DNA of 64,000 bases from a virus. The stretch lies in the IMG/VR virus record IMGVR_UViG_3300009177_000032, positions 1-64,000 of that record; one strand, given 5' to 3'. Position 1 is the stretch's first letter. Each line of letters begins with the position of its first letter. Shown here one piece after another: positions 44,716 to 55,700 of this stretch. Both the position numbers and the translations under genes were made by a program. The notes beneath the pieces were generated by a model. The model was given only the letters and a program-made list of their open reading frames with translations. It was not told the DNA's origin and did no database searches.

Positions 44716-45387
44716 ATGCGACTCTATACCTTTTACGATCACGTTCCGGCCCACGACAACGTCAGCGAGCTGCGCATGCTCCAGCTTTGGCGCCGGCACC
44801 ATACCGCGTTTGGCTTTGAGCCGTTCGTACTTCAGGAATGGCACGCACAACTCCACGAGCGCTACGGCCAATTCCTTGCAGCCGTCGAGAAACTGCCGAG
44901 CATCAACCCGAAGATGTACGACCGGGCGTGCTACCTCCGCTGGCTGGCGATGGCTTCGACAGGTGAGCCGTGGGGGATCATGATGGACTACGACACGCTC
45001 TTAACCCCGACGCAGTTGAAGGACCTCGACCCGTTGCTCGAGGTCGAGCAGAAGGACCTTTTGCACGTGTACCAGAATACGACTCCCTGCATCGTGACTG
45101 GCAATCCGAAAGCGTTTGAGCGGGCCTGTATTTGGTTTGCTTCGTTCGCGCACTCCGGGGAGAAGCACCTTTCCGACATGATCGTCTTGGAAAAAGTCGC
45201 TCAGGCTGAGCCCGACGCCTATGTCCGGTCGGATTTTGCGAAGTGTTACGGGGAGGATGGCTGGAAAACCGCGCCTGCTATCCACTTCTCGAACGCTTGC
45301 ATGACGCCGGCAGGGAAAACCCCGCGGTTTGCCTGGATGCCAAAGCTGTTGGAAGAACGCGGTTACACTCCGCCCCCTCCGTTTTGA
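44716..45387 (+). CDS. Glycosyltransferase-like protein
   Basis: ACYLRWLAM, MMDYDT (DxD), SDM, IHFSN. Confidence 0.6.
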   Translation: MRLYTFYDHVPAHDNVSELRMLQLWRRHHTAFGFEPFVLQEWHAQLHERYGQFLAAVEKLPSINPKMYDRACYLRWLAMASTGEPWGIMMDYDTLLTPTQLKDLDPLLEVEQKDLLHVYQNTTPCIVTGNPKAFERACIWFASFAHSGEKHLSDMIVLEKVAQAEPDAYVRSDFAKCYGEDGWKTAPAIHFSNACMTPAGKTPRFAWMPKLLEERGYTPPPPF

Positions 45388-46061
45388 TGAAAACACTCGT
45401 AGCGATACTCGGACACCAGGGCGCTAACGCGACGATTTTGCGGCATTGGCCTTTCTACGAGAGGTCGGGCCGTGACCTGGCGGGAGTAGGGCGTGTCGAT
45501 AAGCCGGTCAGTTGGCCGCAGACAAGCAGCTTTATCGGGTCGTTCAACATTGGCCAGGACGGCGGAGCGGGCGGACCCAATCACCTCGAGCGCCTGTTAA
45601 ACCTCTACAAGCTGTTCCTGACGGACCTGAGCGGACTCGGCTACACAGATATTTGCGTGATCGAATATGACGGGATTTTTCTTCGACCGTTACCCGATCA
45701 CCCTGGCGGACTGGCCACGACTGTGGGCGGGTACGGTGATGGGGTGGGCTTTGCGCCGTGCCCATACTTTCATACTCCGTGGTGGGTGGACGTCGAGACG
45801 GCCGGGGCGATTGTTGAGTATGGGGAACGGATGCTCGGGATGAAAATTTACGAGGGGGGATTTGTTGATCGCTGGCTTGGGCTCATGGTCGAGCTCTACA
45901 AATTGCCGTGGAACTCGTTCCCTTCGTTTTCGGTCAACAGCCTGGATCACCCGGTTTACATGAAGGCCGCCCGCGATGCTATCGCACGTGGGGCAGCTTA
46001 CGTGCACGGAGTAAAGACCGAGCAGCAACTCCGCGAGCTGATTTCGCCGTTTCGAGCGTGA
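45387..46061 (+). CDS. Glycosyltransferase-like protein
   Basis: ICVIEYDGIF, FVDRW, YVHGVKT. Confidence 0.5.
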   Translation: MKTLVAILGHQGANATILRHWPFYERSGRDLAGVGRVDKPVSWPQTSSFIGSFNIGQDGGAGGPNHLERLLNLYKLFLTDLSGLGYTDICVIEYDGIFLRPLPDHPGGLATTVGGYGDGVGFAPCPYFHTPWWVDVETAGAIVEYGERMLGMKIYEGGFVDRWLGLMVELYKLPWNSFPSFSVNSLDHPVYMKAARDAIARGAAYVHGVKTEQQLRELISPFRA

Positions 46062-46065
46062 TTTT

Positions 46066-46127
46066 GGGGCGGGGGTGATGGCACCTGTGTTGTTCTTGGT
46101 TGAACTAAAAGCCGTCGCCTCCGCTCC
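46066..46127 (+). promoter_or_regulatory. 17-bp RNA hairpin with 28-nt loop upstream of DnaA-C gene
   Basis: ggggcgggggtgatggc pairs with gccgtcgcctccgctcc using four G-U pairs. Confidence 0.65.
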
Positions 46128-46164
46128 GTCAGTTAAAAAGCAACCTAATGAGCACACACAAATT

Positions 46165-46680
46165 ATGGATCCAATCGAAATTGAGCTTGATAGCCGCATC
46201 TCAGCCGCGCGCCGGAGACTGGAAAAACTCAGGGAACTGGCTCAGCTCGAGAGAGCGATCGAAAGCCTGAGTATGGAGCGAATCATCCGCAAGTCGGAGT
46301 TAAACACCCTCATCAATGACCTTTGCTTTCTGATCGGTAGAAGGATGGGCGTTGACCCGATGTGCATACGGTCGCCGTTCCGCGGGGAGGAGTCGGTAGC
46401 TAATGCGCGCCAGCTCGTCATGTTCTTTTGCCGGGTCAAACGGTTGGGCGGTGTCGTCGATATCGCCCGAGAATTCAAACGGGATCATGGGACCGTAAGC
46501 CACGCTGTTAAAAAGGTGAAATGGCGCCTGAACTGCGATCCCAAGGTAAGGCAGCTCGTAGACAGTCTCAGCAACGAAGTAGACCTATTAATCGATGAAA
46601 ACAATAATCGCTTACACAAGAGTGGTGAAAACGGCCAGGGAGCAGGGGGCGCCAGCGTCGAGCTACGACGAGAGGACTGA
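46165..46680 (+). CDS. DnaA C-terminal (domain IV) HTH protein
   Basis: ARQLVMFFCR..IAREFKRDHGTVSHAVKKV. Confidence 0.8.
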   Translation: MDPIEIELDSRISAARRRLEKLRELAQLERAIESLSMERIIRKSELNTLINDLCFLIGRRMGVDPMCIRSPFRGEESVANARQLVMFFCRVKRLGGVVDIAREFKRDHGTVSHAVKKVKWRLNCDPKVRQLVDSLSNEVDLLIDENNNRLHKSGENGQGAGGASVELRRED

Positions 46681-47305
46681 GCGCTTTCTCAGTACCTACG
46701 AGAAGTTCAAGCCGACTCAGGAGCATGAGCTGGTCATATTAAACTGCGGGGGTAGACCGATTGCCCAATCCGTGCTGCCACGACAGATCGAGTATTACGG
46801 CCACGGATGGGACAACGGCGCCTATCAGTTTGCGGCAAACGCGCTCGACTGCGATTTGCTGGTGTGCTGCAACGCCGGCGCCTACTTCCATCGTGAGGGC
46901 TGGCTTTATCCGCTGGTGAGCGCGCGGAGGGAATACGGACCAGGGCTCTACGGTGTGTCCGCGTCATACGAGCGCGGGCCTCACCTCCGGACCCCGTTCA
47001 TTGCTTTCTCGCCCGAGCTCCTGCGCGATTACCCGATCGCTGTCAAAGACCGGGAGGCATGCAACCAGTTTGAAGCCGGCCCCAATAGCTTCACCTCCTA
47101 TGCGCTTAGCAAAAACGTCCCGACGTTCTTGATGACGTGGGACGCGGCCTATGAGCTCAAAGACTGGAGACGTCCAGACCTCCAAAACATTTTCCGGAGA
47201 GGGGACCAGAGCAACGTAATGGTGTGGGACCGGCACACCGAAATTTATAACGACTCGACCTCGACTGAGCGCGCCAGGCTTGAGCGCTACGCTGACACCC
47301 GATGA
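46595..47305 (+). CDS. Glycosyltransferase-like protein
   Basis: GWDNGAYQ, VCCNAGAYF..GWL, PHLRT, FEAG. Confidence 0.55.
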   Translation: MKTIIAYTRVVKTAREQGAPASSYDERTERFLSTYEKFKPTQEHELVILNCGGRPIAQSVLPRQIEYYGHGWDNGAYQFAANALDCDLLVCCNAGAYFHREGWLYPLVSARREYGPGLYGVSASYERGPHLRTPFIAFSPELLRDYPIAVKDREACNQFEAGPNSFTSYALSKNVPTFLMTWDAAYELKDWRRPDLQNIFRRGDQSNVMVWDRHTEIYNDSTSTERARLERYADTR

Positions 47306-47438
47306 ATCACCACATTTACATAACAAGGGTTGGAGTCGATAAATTCTATTGCGGGTCCTCGTGCTGGCTCGGCTCTTGGGAGCTAAAACTGGAGTTTTGG
47401 GAGCTGTTCAACAACTCGGTTTGCTTCGGCTTGAACTA

Positions 47439-48083
47439 ATGAGCTCGCTCAAAGAGCAGATACTTGCAGCCGCTCGGGCTGAGTCAATACCGAGTGGTGA
47501 AAGCGGGCTTTGGGTTATCAAAAAGGAGACGGTCCCGGAGCCGCTTCCACACTTTCACCCTCGACTGAAGAAACGCCTTGTGCTGCCGGCAGGAACCTAT
47601 ACGAGGCTGCTTCGCTCTACAGAGTCCACGATGCACATAGGCGGAGAGGTTGTGATGGAGGACACGATTTTCGAGCTGCAAACTCATCTTAGGTTCATGC
47701 TCCGGGCCCGGGGAAGGGTCCTGATAACTGGCCTTGGGTTGGGCTGCGTTGTCCGTGGGTGCCTAGCAAACCCTGCGGTTAAGCACGTTGTCTGCGTCGA
47801 GAAGGACATGCACGTCTTGCGGCTGGTTGCGCAGCACATGCCGAAAGATCGCCGGCTGACAATCGTAGTCGCCGATGCGCTCAAGTGGTGCAAGCATCCG
47901 GAGCTCAAATTCGATTGCGCATGGCACGATCTTTGGACTGATAGCGACAACGGGGAGGAACACCTGCAAGTTGTGCACGCGCACCTGCTCTTGGCAATGA
48001 GCCGAAAGGTTGACTTTCAAGGAGCTTGGGACTTCCCTAGGGACCAAAAGCGCCTATGGGGCAAACTTATTGAAATCGTATGA
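47439..48083 (+). CDS. Class I SAM-dependent methyltransferase-like (spermidine synthase-like)
   Basis: VLITGLGLG, VCVEKD, VADA, AWHDLW. Confidence 0.8.
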   Translation: MSSLKEQILAAARAESIPSGESGLWVIKKETVPEPLPHFHPRLKKRLVLPAGTYTRLLRSTESTMHIGGEVVMEDTIFELQTHLRFMLRARGRVLITGLGLGCVVRGCLANPAVKHVVCVEKDMHVLRLVAQHMPKDRRLTIVVADALKWCKHPELKFDCAWHDLWTDSDNGEEHLQVVHAHLLLAMSRKVDFQGAWDFPRDQKRLWGKLIEIV

Positions 48084-48484
48084 TCGGGAAGCGCCCAAGC
48101 AAAAAGACTGTTGAGGCTGTCAAGCTGGCGGTCAAAGTCGCACAGAGCAAAACGACTGACGCCGAGGTCGCGCTCCAGTTGTGGCGGGACCTGCGCTGGA
48201 AAATGCAAACGACAGTCGGGAGCTACATGGAGATCGACAAGCTGATATCCGAGGCGGAGATCAACGCGCGCACAAACATCGTCTCGAGCGCAGTAAGGGA
48301 TCCCGTGCTAAAGCGCCTGGCGGAGATGCGTGCCAGGGTGAGCGAGTTCACAGTCGAACCGGATCCGCAGCTCCTTTTCTGCTCGAGTTGCGGGCGGGAG
48401 ATTGCGCCAGACGAATACCGGAAAGAGCTCATCGGGAGCATTGCGGACCAATTCGTCTGCGCTATTTGCGCTGCTTTGCAATGA
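48080..48484 (+). CDS. Hypothetical protein with C-terminal Zn finger
   Basis: CSSC...CAIC. Confidence 0.6.
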   Translation: MIGKRPSKKTVEAVKLAVKVAQSKTTDAEVALQLWRDLRWKMQTTVGSYMEIDKLISEAEINARTNIVSSAVRDPVLKRLAEMRARVSEFTVEPDPQLLFCSSCGREIAPDEYRKELIGSIADQFVCAICAALQ

Positions 48485-48807
48485 GCGCCTGCGGAACACC
48501 TTACCGAGAGGGGAAATTCCCAGGACACTGGCGCGATGAAAAAAGCGACTTGCCGGCCTGCGTCGAGGCTTACTTCCATCACATTGTTGATAAGGGACCG
48601 GCGCCGACCCCCCAACAGCTCCAGCGCGTTATCTGGTATATCAAATGGTGGATCGATGCTCCGTGCTGGAACTACAACTTGAACGTGGATTGCCAGCTCG
48701 CAGACCAGTTTAAGAAGCTGCGCGAGGAAGCGCACAAGCTCACCGACGTCAGAAGTATTCGGGCCTGGACACATCACGCGATGGAGATAGCACTCGACCC
48801 ATGGTGA
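48481..48807 (+). CDS. Hypothetical protein
   Basis: PGHWRDE..WIDAPCW..LDPW. Confidence 0.65.
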   Translation: MSACGTPYREGKFPGHWRDEKSDLPACVEAYFHHIVDKGPAPTPQQLQRVIWYIKWWIDAPCWNYNLNVDCQLADQFKKLREEAHKLTDVRSIRAWTHHAMEIALDPW

Positions 48808-48893
48808 AATTTATTGAGGCATTCTGCTTCCTGGCGCTAGTGCTGTGGATTGTCTACTTGTTATTGATGACCCTCTTTGCTCCTCGGAAATGA
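48801..48893 (+). CDS. 30-aa single-TM peptide (not in ORF track)
   Basis: MVKFIEAFCFLALVLWIVYLLLMTLFAPRK, coupled on both sides. Confidence 0.45.
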   Translation: MVKFIEAFCFLALVLWIVYLLLMTLFAPRK

Positions 48894-49147
48894 ATCTCTA
48901 TCTCCCGAAGCGCTCGAGGCCGTTCCGTTGGAAGAAACCTTACAAGGACCCGTTCCCAGTCGTCCGTCTCCAATCATACCAAAGCACCACGCTCGGGATC
49001 TTCAAGCTCATTAATTCGATGCTGGCTCCGATGCCTGAGCCTACCCCGAAGGAGCGAACCCTTTTGGATGAGATCTACCGTATCGCAAGACAACCGCAAC
49101 GCCGCTCAATCAACCTCCCCCTCGGGGCAACCATAAAGGAAGGATGA
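48890..49147 (+). CDS. Hypothetical protein
   Basis: ATGA overlaps on both sides. Confidence 0.5.
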   Translation: MNLYLPKRSRPFRWKKPYKDPFPVVRLQSYQSTTLGIFKLINSMLAPMPEPTPKERTLLDEIYRIARQPQRRSINLPLGATIKEG

Positions 49148-49758
49148 ACAAAACCGCTGAATTCGTGAACATCGCCCGCAAGCTGGATATCGACCCGCTA
49201 GTGATTTATGACCTCGGGTCATTCGATGCCGCTCAGGCGGTGGAGCTCGCCATTGCTTTCCCCAAAGCTCGAGTCGTTGCGCTCGAGGCCGACCCCTACA
49301 ACATCCCGAAGTGCCTGGTCAATGCGAAGGGCCATCGAAATATCACTATCGTCAATGGTGCCCTGGCTCCGCTCGGCACTCGTCCGCTCATCCACTTCAA
49401 CCGCTCAGTCGGCACAAACGACCAATGCGGGAGCCTCTTGGTGCCGACGGACCTCAAGGATATGCCGGTCGAGTGTATTGTGGTGCCGGCCGTGACAGCC
49501 GCGGACCTCGACAGCTTCTTCGGCTTGCCAACTTTGCTCTGGATGGACGTCCAAGGATCCGAATGGAACTATTTCCTGGGTTTTCCCTTCCGTCCGCGGC
49601 TTGTGTGGTTAGAGGTCGCCTATGACCCCTACTACCACGACCAGCCGCATAAGGATGAGCTCGTCCGCAAGATGGCCGATATTGGTTACAAGCCAATCTT
49701 TGAGGAGGTCGGGGTCCCCGGTAGATGGGGAGACGTCTGTTTTTGGCTTGGGTACTAA
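49144..49758 (+). CDS. FkbM family methyltransferase
   Basis: IYDLGS, ALEADP, LLWMDVQGSE, WLEV. Confidence 0.88.
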   Translation: MNKTAEFVNIARKLDIDPLVIYDLGSFDAAQAVELAIAFPKARVVALEADPYNIPKCLVNAKGHRNITIVNGALAPLGTRPLIHFNRSVGTNDQCGSLLVPTDLKDMPVECIVVPAVTAADLDSFFGLPTLLWMDVQGSEWNYFLGFPFRPRLVWLEVAYDPYYHDQPHKDELVRKMADIGYKPIFEEVGVPGRWGDVCFWLGY

Positions 49759-52700
49759 TGCGCTCGCGGCCTGAGTGACCTAATCCCGCCTGCACCAGTC
49801 CTCCGGAGAGCTCCGGCCCTTCCACCTGGGCGCCGAATTGACGGACCTCGTGGACCGCGGAGGCTCCTCGCCGGCAATCGCACCCCGCGCCTGAGATTGG
49901 GAAGCCGAGCAGCTCCACGTAACGGAGCTCCCCCGCCTGCAGCTATGCTCGGCACCTGCGCATTTTGCGGGGTGACATACCTGCTCGCGCTCCCGGTCGG
50001 CACCTGGCCATTTCCCGGCGCCGTTTTGGATAGCGCTTCCATTGCCGAGGTGTCGACCCCGACGCTCTGCAAAGCCGTCTGGTTCGCCTGATTGAAGGCT
50101 GTGCGGATATCGCTGAGGGTTGCGTCCGGTCCGAGGGCCTCGAGCGACTGCTTGAAATTCTGGCCTCGAGCGACTGAGTAGTCAGCAAGCTCCGTCTTGT
50201 TCATCGGGCGGTACTCGCCATCGATTGGATAGCCTTTGGCTGAATCAACCGCGGGCGGCCGATATCCTGAATTGAGCAGCGCCGCATAAGGTGCGAGCGC
50301 CTTAGCTTGTTCGGTGTCCACTATGCCAGGGTAGATCCCCATCACCCCGCCGCCGGCTGTCAGCGTTTGGATCCAGCGCTGGACCGCGTCCGGTGTCCCG
50401 ACAGGGTCGCCGAGGATGTTGACGGCCCGCGCCTGGCTCGTCGGCAGCGGGACGAGGAAGTCCCAAAAGCCCGAGAGCTTGGAGTCCATATTCACACCAG
50501 CTCCGCGCGCAAACTCTTGGTAAGCTGGCAACCCGAGGATGTTGGGCGAGACGTAGGCCGCAGCCATCTTCGAGACGTTGGGGACCCCATATTCAGTCCC
50601 GCTCTGCACCACGCCAGAGAATGCTTTGCCGGAGATAAGCGTCCCCCAAAGGCTTTGAGCTGCGATCGAGGCAATGTCGAGCGCGCCGATGGGCGGGATT
50701 TTACCGGGAGCAATCCCCTTCTTTTCGGCTTCAGCATTCAGCTTCTCTTGCGCCTTCTCGCGCGCCATGACCGCCTCGAGAATTGCCCCAGCTGTCGCCG
50801 CATACGGCGCAAAGGCCGAGGCGAGCCCGACCGTCAAAGACATTGGGATGAACTCGTGATCGTTGAGGACGAGCTCAATCGTCCCCGATCGGTGACCTTG
50901 CGCCTCCCAAAGTTCACGCTCTGCTTTGTTCTTCGGCCCCCTCAGGAATACCCGGATGAGGCCCGCGAACACCATGCCCATGATGAGCGCGCCGAGGATG
51001 CTGCCCACAATGGCCTGCACCCGTCTTTGATACCGGTCCTCCTCACTCCAGAACCATGGGGACTCCTCGTCTCCGCCCATGCCAGGAACCTTGATTGCTC
51101 CCTGGGCGTAGAGCGGCGTGAAAAAGAGCGAGTAATTGATGCCGGTGCCGACTGCGTTGGCAAAGCGTGCGAAGCTGAAAGGCAAGCCGATGTTCGCCGC
51201 AAACCCTGACGCCATCTTGCCGGCGCCAGCGACAAGCCCGCCAAGCCCGTGGGTCACGCGCTCTTGCCAGGCGATCGTACGACGCAGCTTCTCGTTTTTC
51301 GCACGGAAGTCATCCGCCGGAAGCCCAAGCGCCCGGATATCCTCGTAGATATTTGAGCGGACCAAGTTCCAAGCAGCCTCGTTGACCTCGTTGGGGCCGG
51401 CATTCTCGCCCAACACCTGGCGGGCCAGCGCCATGGCCGCATCCCGCTTCTCTTTGAGGTTGCCAAGTATCCGGTCTTTGTTGGCCGCAATCTCGGCTTT
51501 GTCCATGCCGCGCTCCCGCAACTCGCCTTCAATCTGATTGGCGAGCTCCTGAAACTCCGCCGGAACACCCTGGAAATTATCGACGGCTTGAACGAACCGG
51601 AGGCTAAACCGGGCGAGCCCCAGGAGGCGCAACACCGCGGCTTTGCCGTGCTGACCCTTTTCCGAAGCTGCCTTTGCCTCGGCTTCCATTCGTTCGAACA
51701 TCAACACGCCCGTAACCAAACGGTCCACATTTCGACTCTGGCCACGACCAGCCAAGGCCGAGCGGGCGGACGCTATAGCCGGCCTAAGTGCTTTGAGCGC
51801 TCGTCCGTACCCGTCGGCCAAAGCAACATTGAGGTCGCGCCACGCCGACTCTCTGCTCCCCTCGGCTTGCCGCATCCAGGCAACACCGGCCGCCCTGGTA
51901 GGGATGTGCCAAAAGAGTTGGCTGATGATGTGTGTCGGGAGGCGGAGGGCAAACCCGACCTTGAGCAGCATATTGGCTACCTCAAACTCGTTGATGGCGT
52001 CGGCAATGTTCCGCCGGCTGTTCCACGCATTGCGCCAGGATTGCACGCTGAATCCGGGGAACACGATCGGGCGAGTCATCTTCGCCCAAAGCGCGCTTAT
52101 ATCCTTCGAGAGAGTGCCACGTCTCTCCTCGGTGAGAGCGTCTCGAGCAGCCTGGGCCCGCCGAAGCGCTTCCGCGTCGTTTCCGGCCTGAGCCCGTTCC
52201 TCGGGGGTGAGTTCCTGCAGCTTCTGGATCTGAGCCGCCAAGTCCTTGAACCGCTTAACCTGAGCCTCCGTGGGAGGTGTCCATCCTTTTGCGGCCGCAA
52301 TTTGGCGCAAGACGTCGGTCGAGTCGAAAATGCCGGCATTAGCAGCCGCCACAATCTTATGCCAGAGCGGTTTCCCCGGGCGCGCAAACTTTCTTTCCTT
52401 GGGTGTAAGCCCGTCTGTCGCACGCTTAATTGCCTGGACCCGTGCCTTTTCGAACAGGTTTTGATAGGCCGCTTCGAACAAGGCCGCAGCCCGGTCAGCC
52501 ACTTCGGCGGGCACCCCATACCGGTTGATGAGGATTTGGCTGAAGTTTTGGGCAATCTGAGCCTGCCGATAGAAGGGGGTGTCTAGAGCCTGGCGGACCA
52601 GATCCGAGGCTTTCGGCATCACCCTTTGGATAATGCTCTTGTTCGCCACGGTCTGGACGTACTCGACAAGGTCAAGCCGCGGGTCGCGAAAGAGGCCAGC

Positions 52701-55700
52701 ATTGATTTTAGCGCCTAGCCTCGCTTCAGGCGTAAGCGTAGCGCCACGTTCTTGAGGCGGTTGGAACAAAGGGGCGCGAACTCGCTCCCGAGCTCTCTCA
52801 AGCTGTCCTGCTAATTGTGTCTCGATAATGGACAGGACCCTAGCCCTTGTGCCTTCGTCGGCTCTGGACAGGTCCATGTTGGCCTCGAGGTTGGCCCAAT
52901 AGGCGTCCAAGACCCTGGTAACCTCGGCCTCCGGCTCTTGCGCGAGCTTCTCGAGGTCGATACGGGTATCCGCAGGGCGCTGCACCGGTGCCTTGAACCG
53001 GGTTTTGCTGAAATCCTCGCGGATGAGGTCCTGAGCCGTCTTGAGCGTAACCGGGTCATATCCGACGAGGTTGTCTCGGATATCCTTCCAATGCCGATAC
53101 TCCGGCTGGTCGAGCCCGCGCTCGATTTGGTCCCTGGTTGGCTCCTCTCCGGCCTGGAAATTGGCGAGCAGCTCCTGCCGTTCTTCGTCGCTTTGCGCAT
53201 CCAACAGCGCTTGCTTACGGCCGGCATTGAATTCCGCAGCCTCGACCGCAGCCCGCATGATCCCGTTTATCTTGGCCGAGGTCGCGGGCGTCATGAGGTG
53301 GATCAGCCGGTCGACCGCCGTCAGCTTCGTAGGCTTTGGCGTCGGTTTCGGTTCAATCCCCTGCCTTGCAGCCTGCTCGAGGAAGCTATTTACCGCCTCC
53401 TCGGTCCTGGCATCGCTCTGCAGCTTGGCCAGCGTTTTCTTGAACTTCGGCTTGAGCAACCGCTGCACCCATCGATAAGCCGCGTTGCCCTCATCGTGGA
53501 TCCGCAAGGCAATCGTTTTGTCGACCAGGTCTTTGAGCGCGGGCTTTTCCTCGAGCGCCTTCGAGATCTCCTCGTCGGTGAAATAATCCCGCATGTGATC
53601 GGTGATGCGCGCCAGGATCTTGCGGATAAAGTCCCCGCCGAAAGCGTCCGAATAGGTCCGCGCCAGGATCGTATTGACGTTGCGCGCCACGTATTGGGCC
53701 GTTTTCCTGAGCCCCGCCAGCACTCCGAGCATTAAACCACGGTGGGATGCCTCCCCCTGAGTGACCGCGTAGAGCTCGGCCTTGAGTGCCGGACTAAACG
53801 CCGTGACGTCATCCCCGACCATGTTGTTGCGGATTGAGTTGATGAGGAAACCCAATGCCCCTTTTGCCATGGTTTGCCCTGGCTGCTGTTGGGTCGATAT
53901 ATCGTCCTGCACCAGCTTGAGCAGCCGGCGCCCCTCAATCTCAGATTCGAAGTCGGGGTCCACCAGCTCGTAATACCCGTTGTCCTCGGAGGGGATGACC
54001 TGCAGTCCGGCCCTCGTAAAGGTCTGCTCTGCGTGCCTCTTACCGGCCTCGAGCATTTCCGGGCTCATCTGCTCGCGCCCAAGGATCGTGTCGATTACCC
54101 CCATGCGCTGTGTGGTGACCTTCTCGTTGTCGAGCTCGAGGTCGGCCATGTTGAGCCCCTCATCCTCGGGTAGCTCGGTTTTCTCCGGTCCAGGCTCGGC
54201 TTGCCAGCGCTCGAGCTCGGCTCCGGCCTCCGGAGTGTTCCGGTAACGCCCGTTCAAAAGGTCGCTGATAACCCGTTTGATACCCGGTTTGTACCCGATA
54301 ACCCGCCGGAGCGCTTCGAGCAGCCCATTGAGCCATTCCCGGATCCTGGCAAGCAGCCGCTGAAAGAGGGACTCCTCCTTGTGGTAGAACGGATTTGACC
54401 GCGCGTACTCGTTCCCTGCCACGCCGGCAAGGTACTCCTGCGGACTGGACAGATAATACCAGCGATCGAGGAATGCCTTAAGCTCGGGGTGCGCGCCGAC
54501 GATATCGGCCATCGCCCGGAGGAAATCCTCGGAGTGAATGCCATCACGCGCCATCATCCTGCCGAGCAATTCTTGCACCTCCGGCGGAAGCGCCGTTGCG
54601 TCTTTCACCGTGCCTAGCGCCTGCTGAATCTCCTCCTGGCGATATTGCTCGACCTCGGCCCTAACCTCAGGAGGCAGTAGCTCCCAAAGGAAGTGGAATA
54701 TTTCATGTGGAAATGTCCCCGGCCGCGCGCCCTTCGAGAGTTCGATGAGCTGGTTTGCGATGTTTGCCCGCCCTGAAACGTCCCCAGGCAGACGGTCCCG
54801 CACAGAAACCATGAGCTTGGACCAATCCAAATTGCGCATCACCGGCTCGGAAAGGAGTGCCAGGGCAACCCGTCGGGCCTCATCCGATATCTTAAGCTCC
54901 GGATCTTCGAACATCCGCCGGATGCCTTCGATGCCGACGCCACTTGCCGCCTCTCCCGTCGCCGTTTCCCCTGGGGCCTCGATGCTCGAGCGGCTGCGCC
55001 CGGAGCTCCCCCGCGTGTTGGAGTCTGCCACTAACGGGATCAGTGGCGTAGCTTCGCCGATGGCCTTGAAATTCTGGCCGGTGATCTTAACGATGCGATC
55101 GATCGCCGCCGGCATATCCTCCTCGGACACATTGGCAACCATGCGATTGCCGCGCTTGTCAAAGTCCCCGGTGATATCGCGGAGCGGCCCGTCGAGGTAA
55201 ATCGTCCCTCCCGTCGACTTTGCCGCTGGTGTCGAGATCTGGAACGTCCGATCGCCCCAGCTCGGTCTTACAATCCGCACAACCTGGCCGCTCTCAATCG
55301 GTATCCTGTCCGCCCCCGCCTTAGCGTGAGTGACAAGGAAGTGAGTTGCCGCAGTCCCGTTGACGAGCTCGAGCCTCGGATCGCTCACCAGTTGAGCCGG
55401 TCCCCAGTTACGGGGCATCTGCAGCCCGGTGACAACCTGTCCCTCCGAGGACTTGAACCGGACCATTTTGCCACGGCCGCCCGTAGACACATATCCCTGG
55501 ATCGGATTGCCCACGACAAAGAACCGCTCATACCGCGCATTCTTGTCCCCGGGCCCGAGGTCCGATGGCACGGAGTTCGACGGCCCAAGCTCCCATCCCT
55601 CTTGCCCGCGGAACTGAGCGCCGTTGATATAGGCAACCCCGCCCGGAGCGTGGAGCAGGAATTTGAACCGGAAAGCGCCAGGACTAAAGCGATTGGTCGG

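Noticed and set aside
43837-44871. 344-aa minus ORF
   Set aside because: Antisense shadow of the tyrosine recombinase
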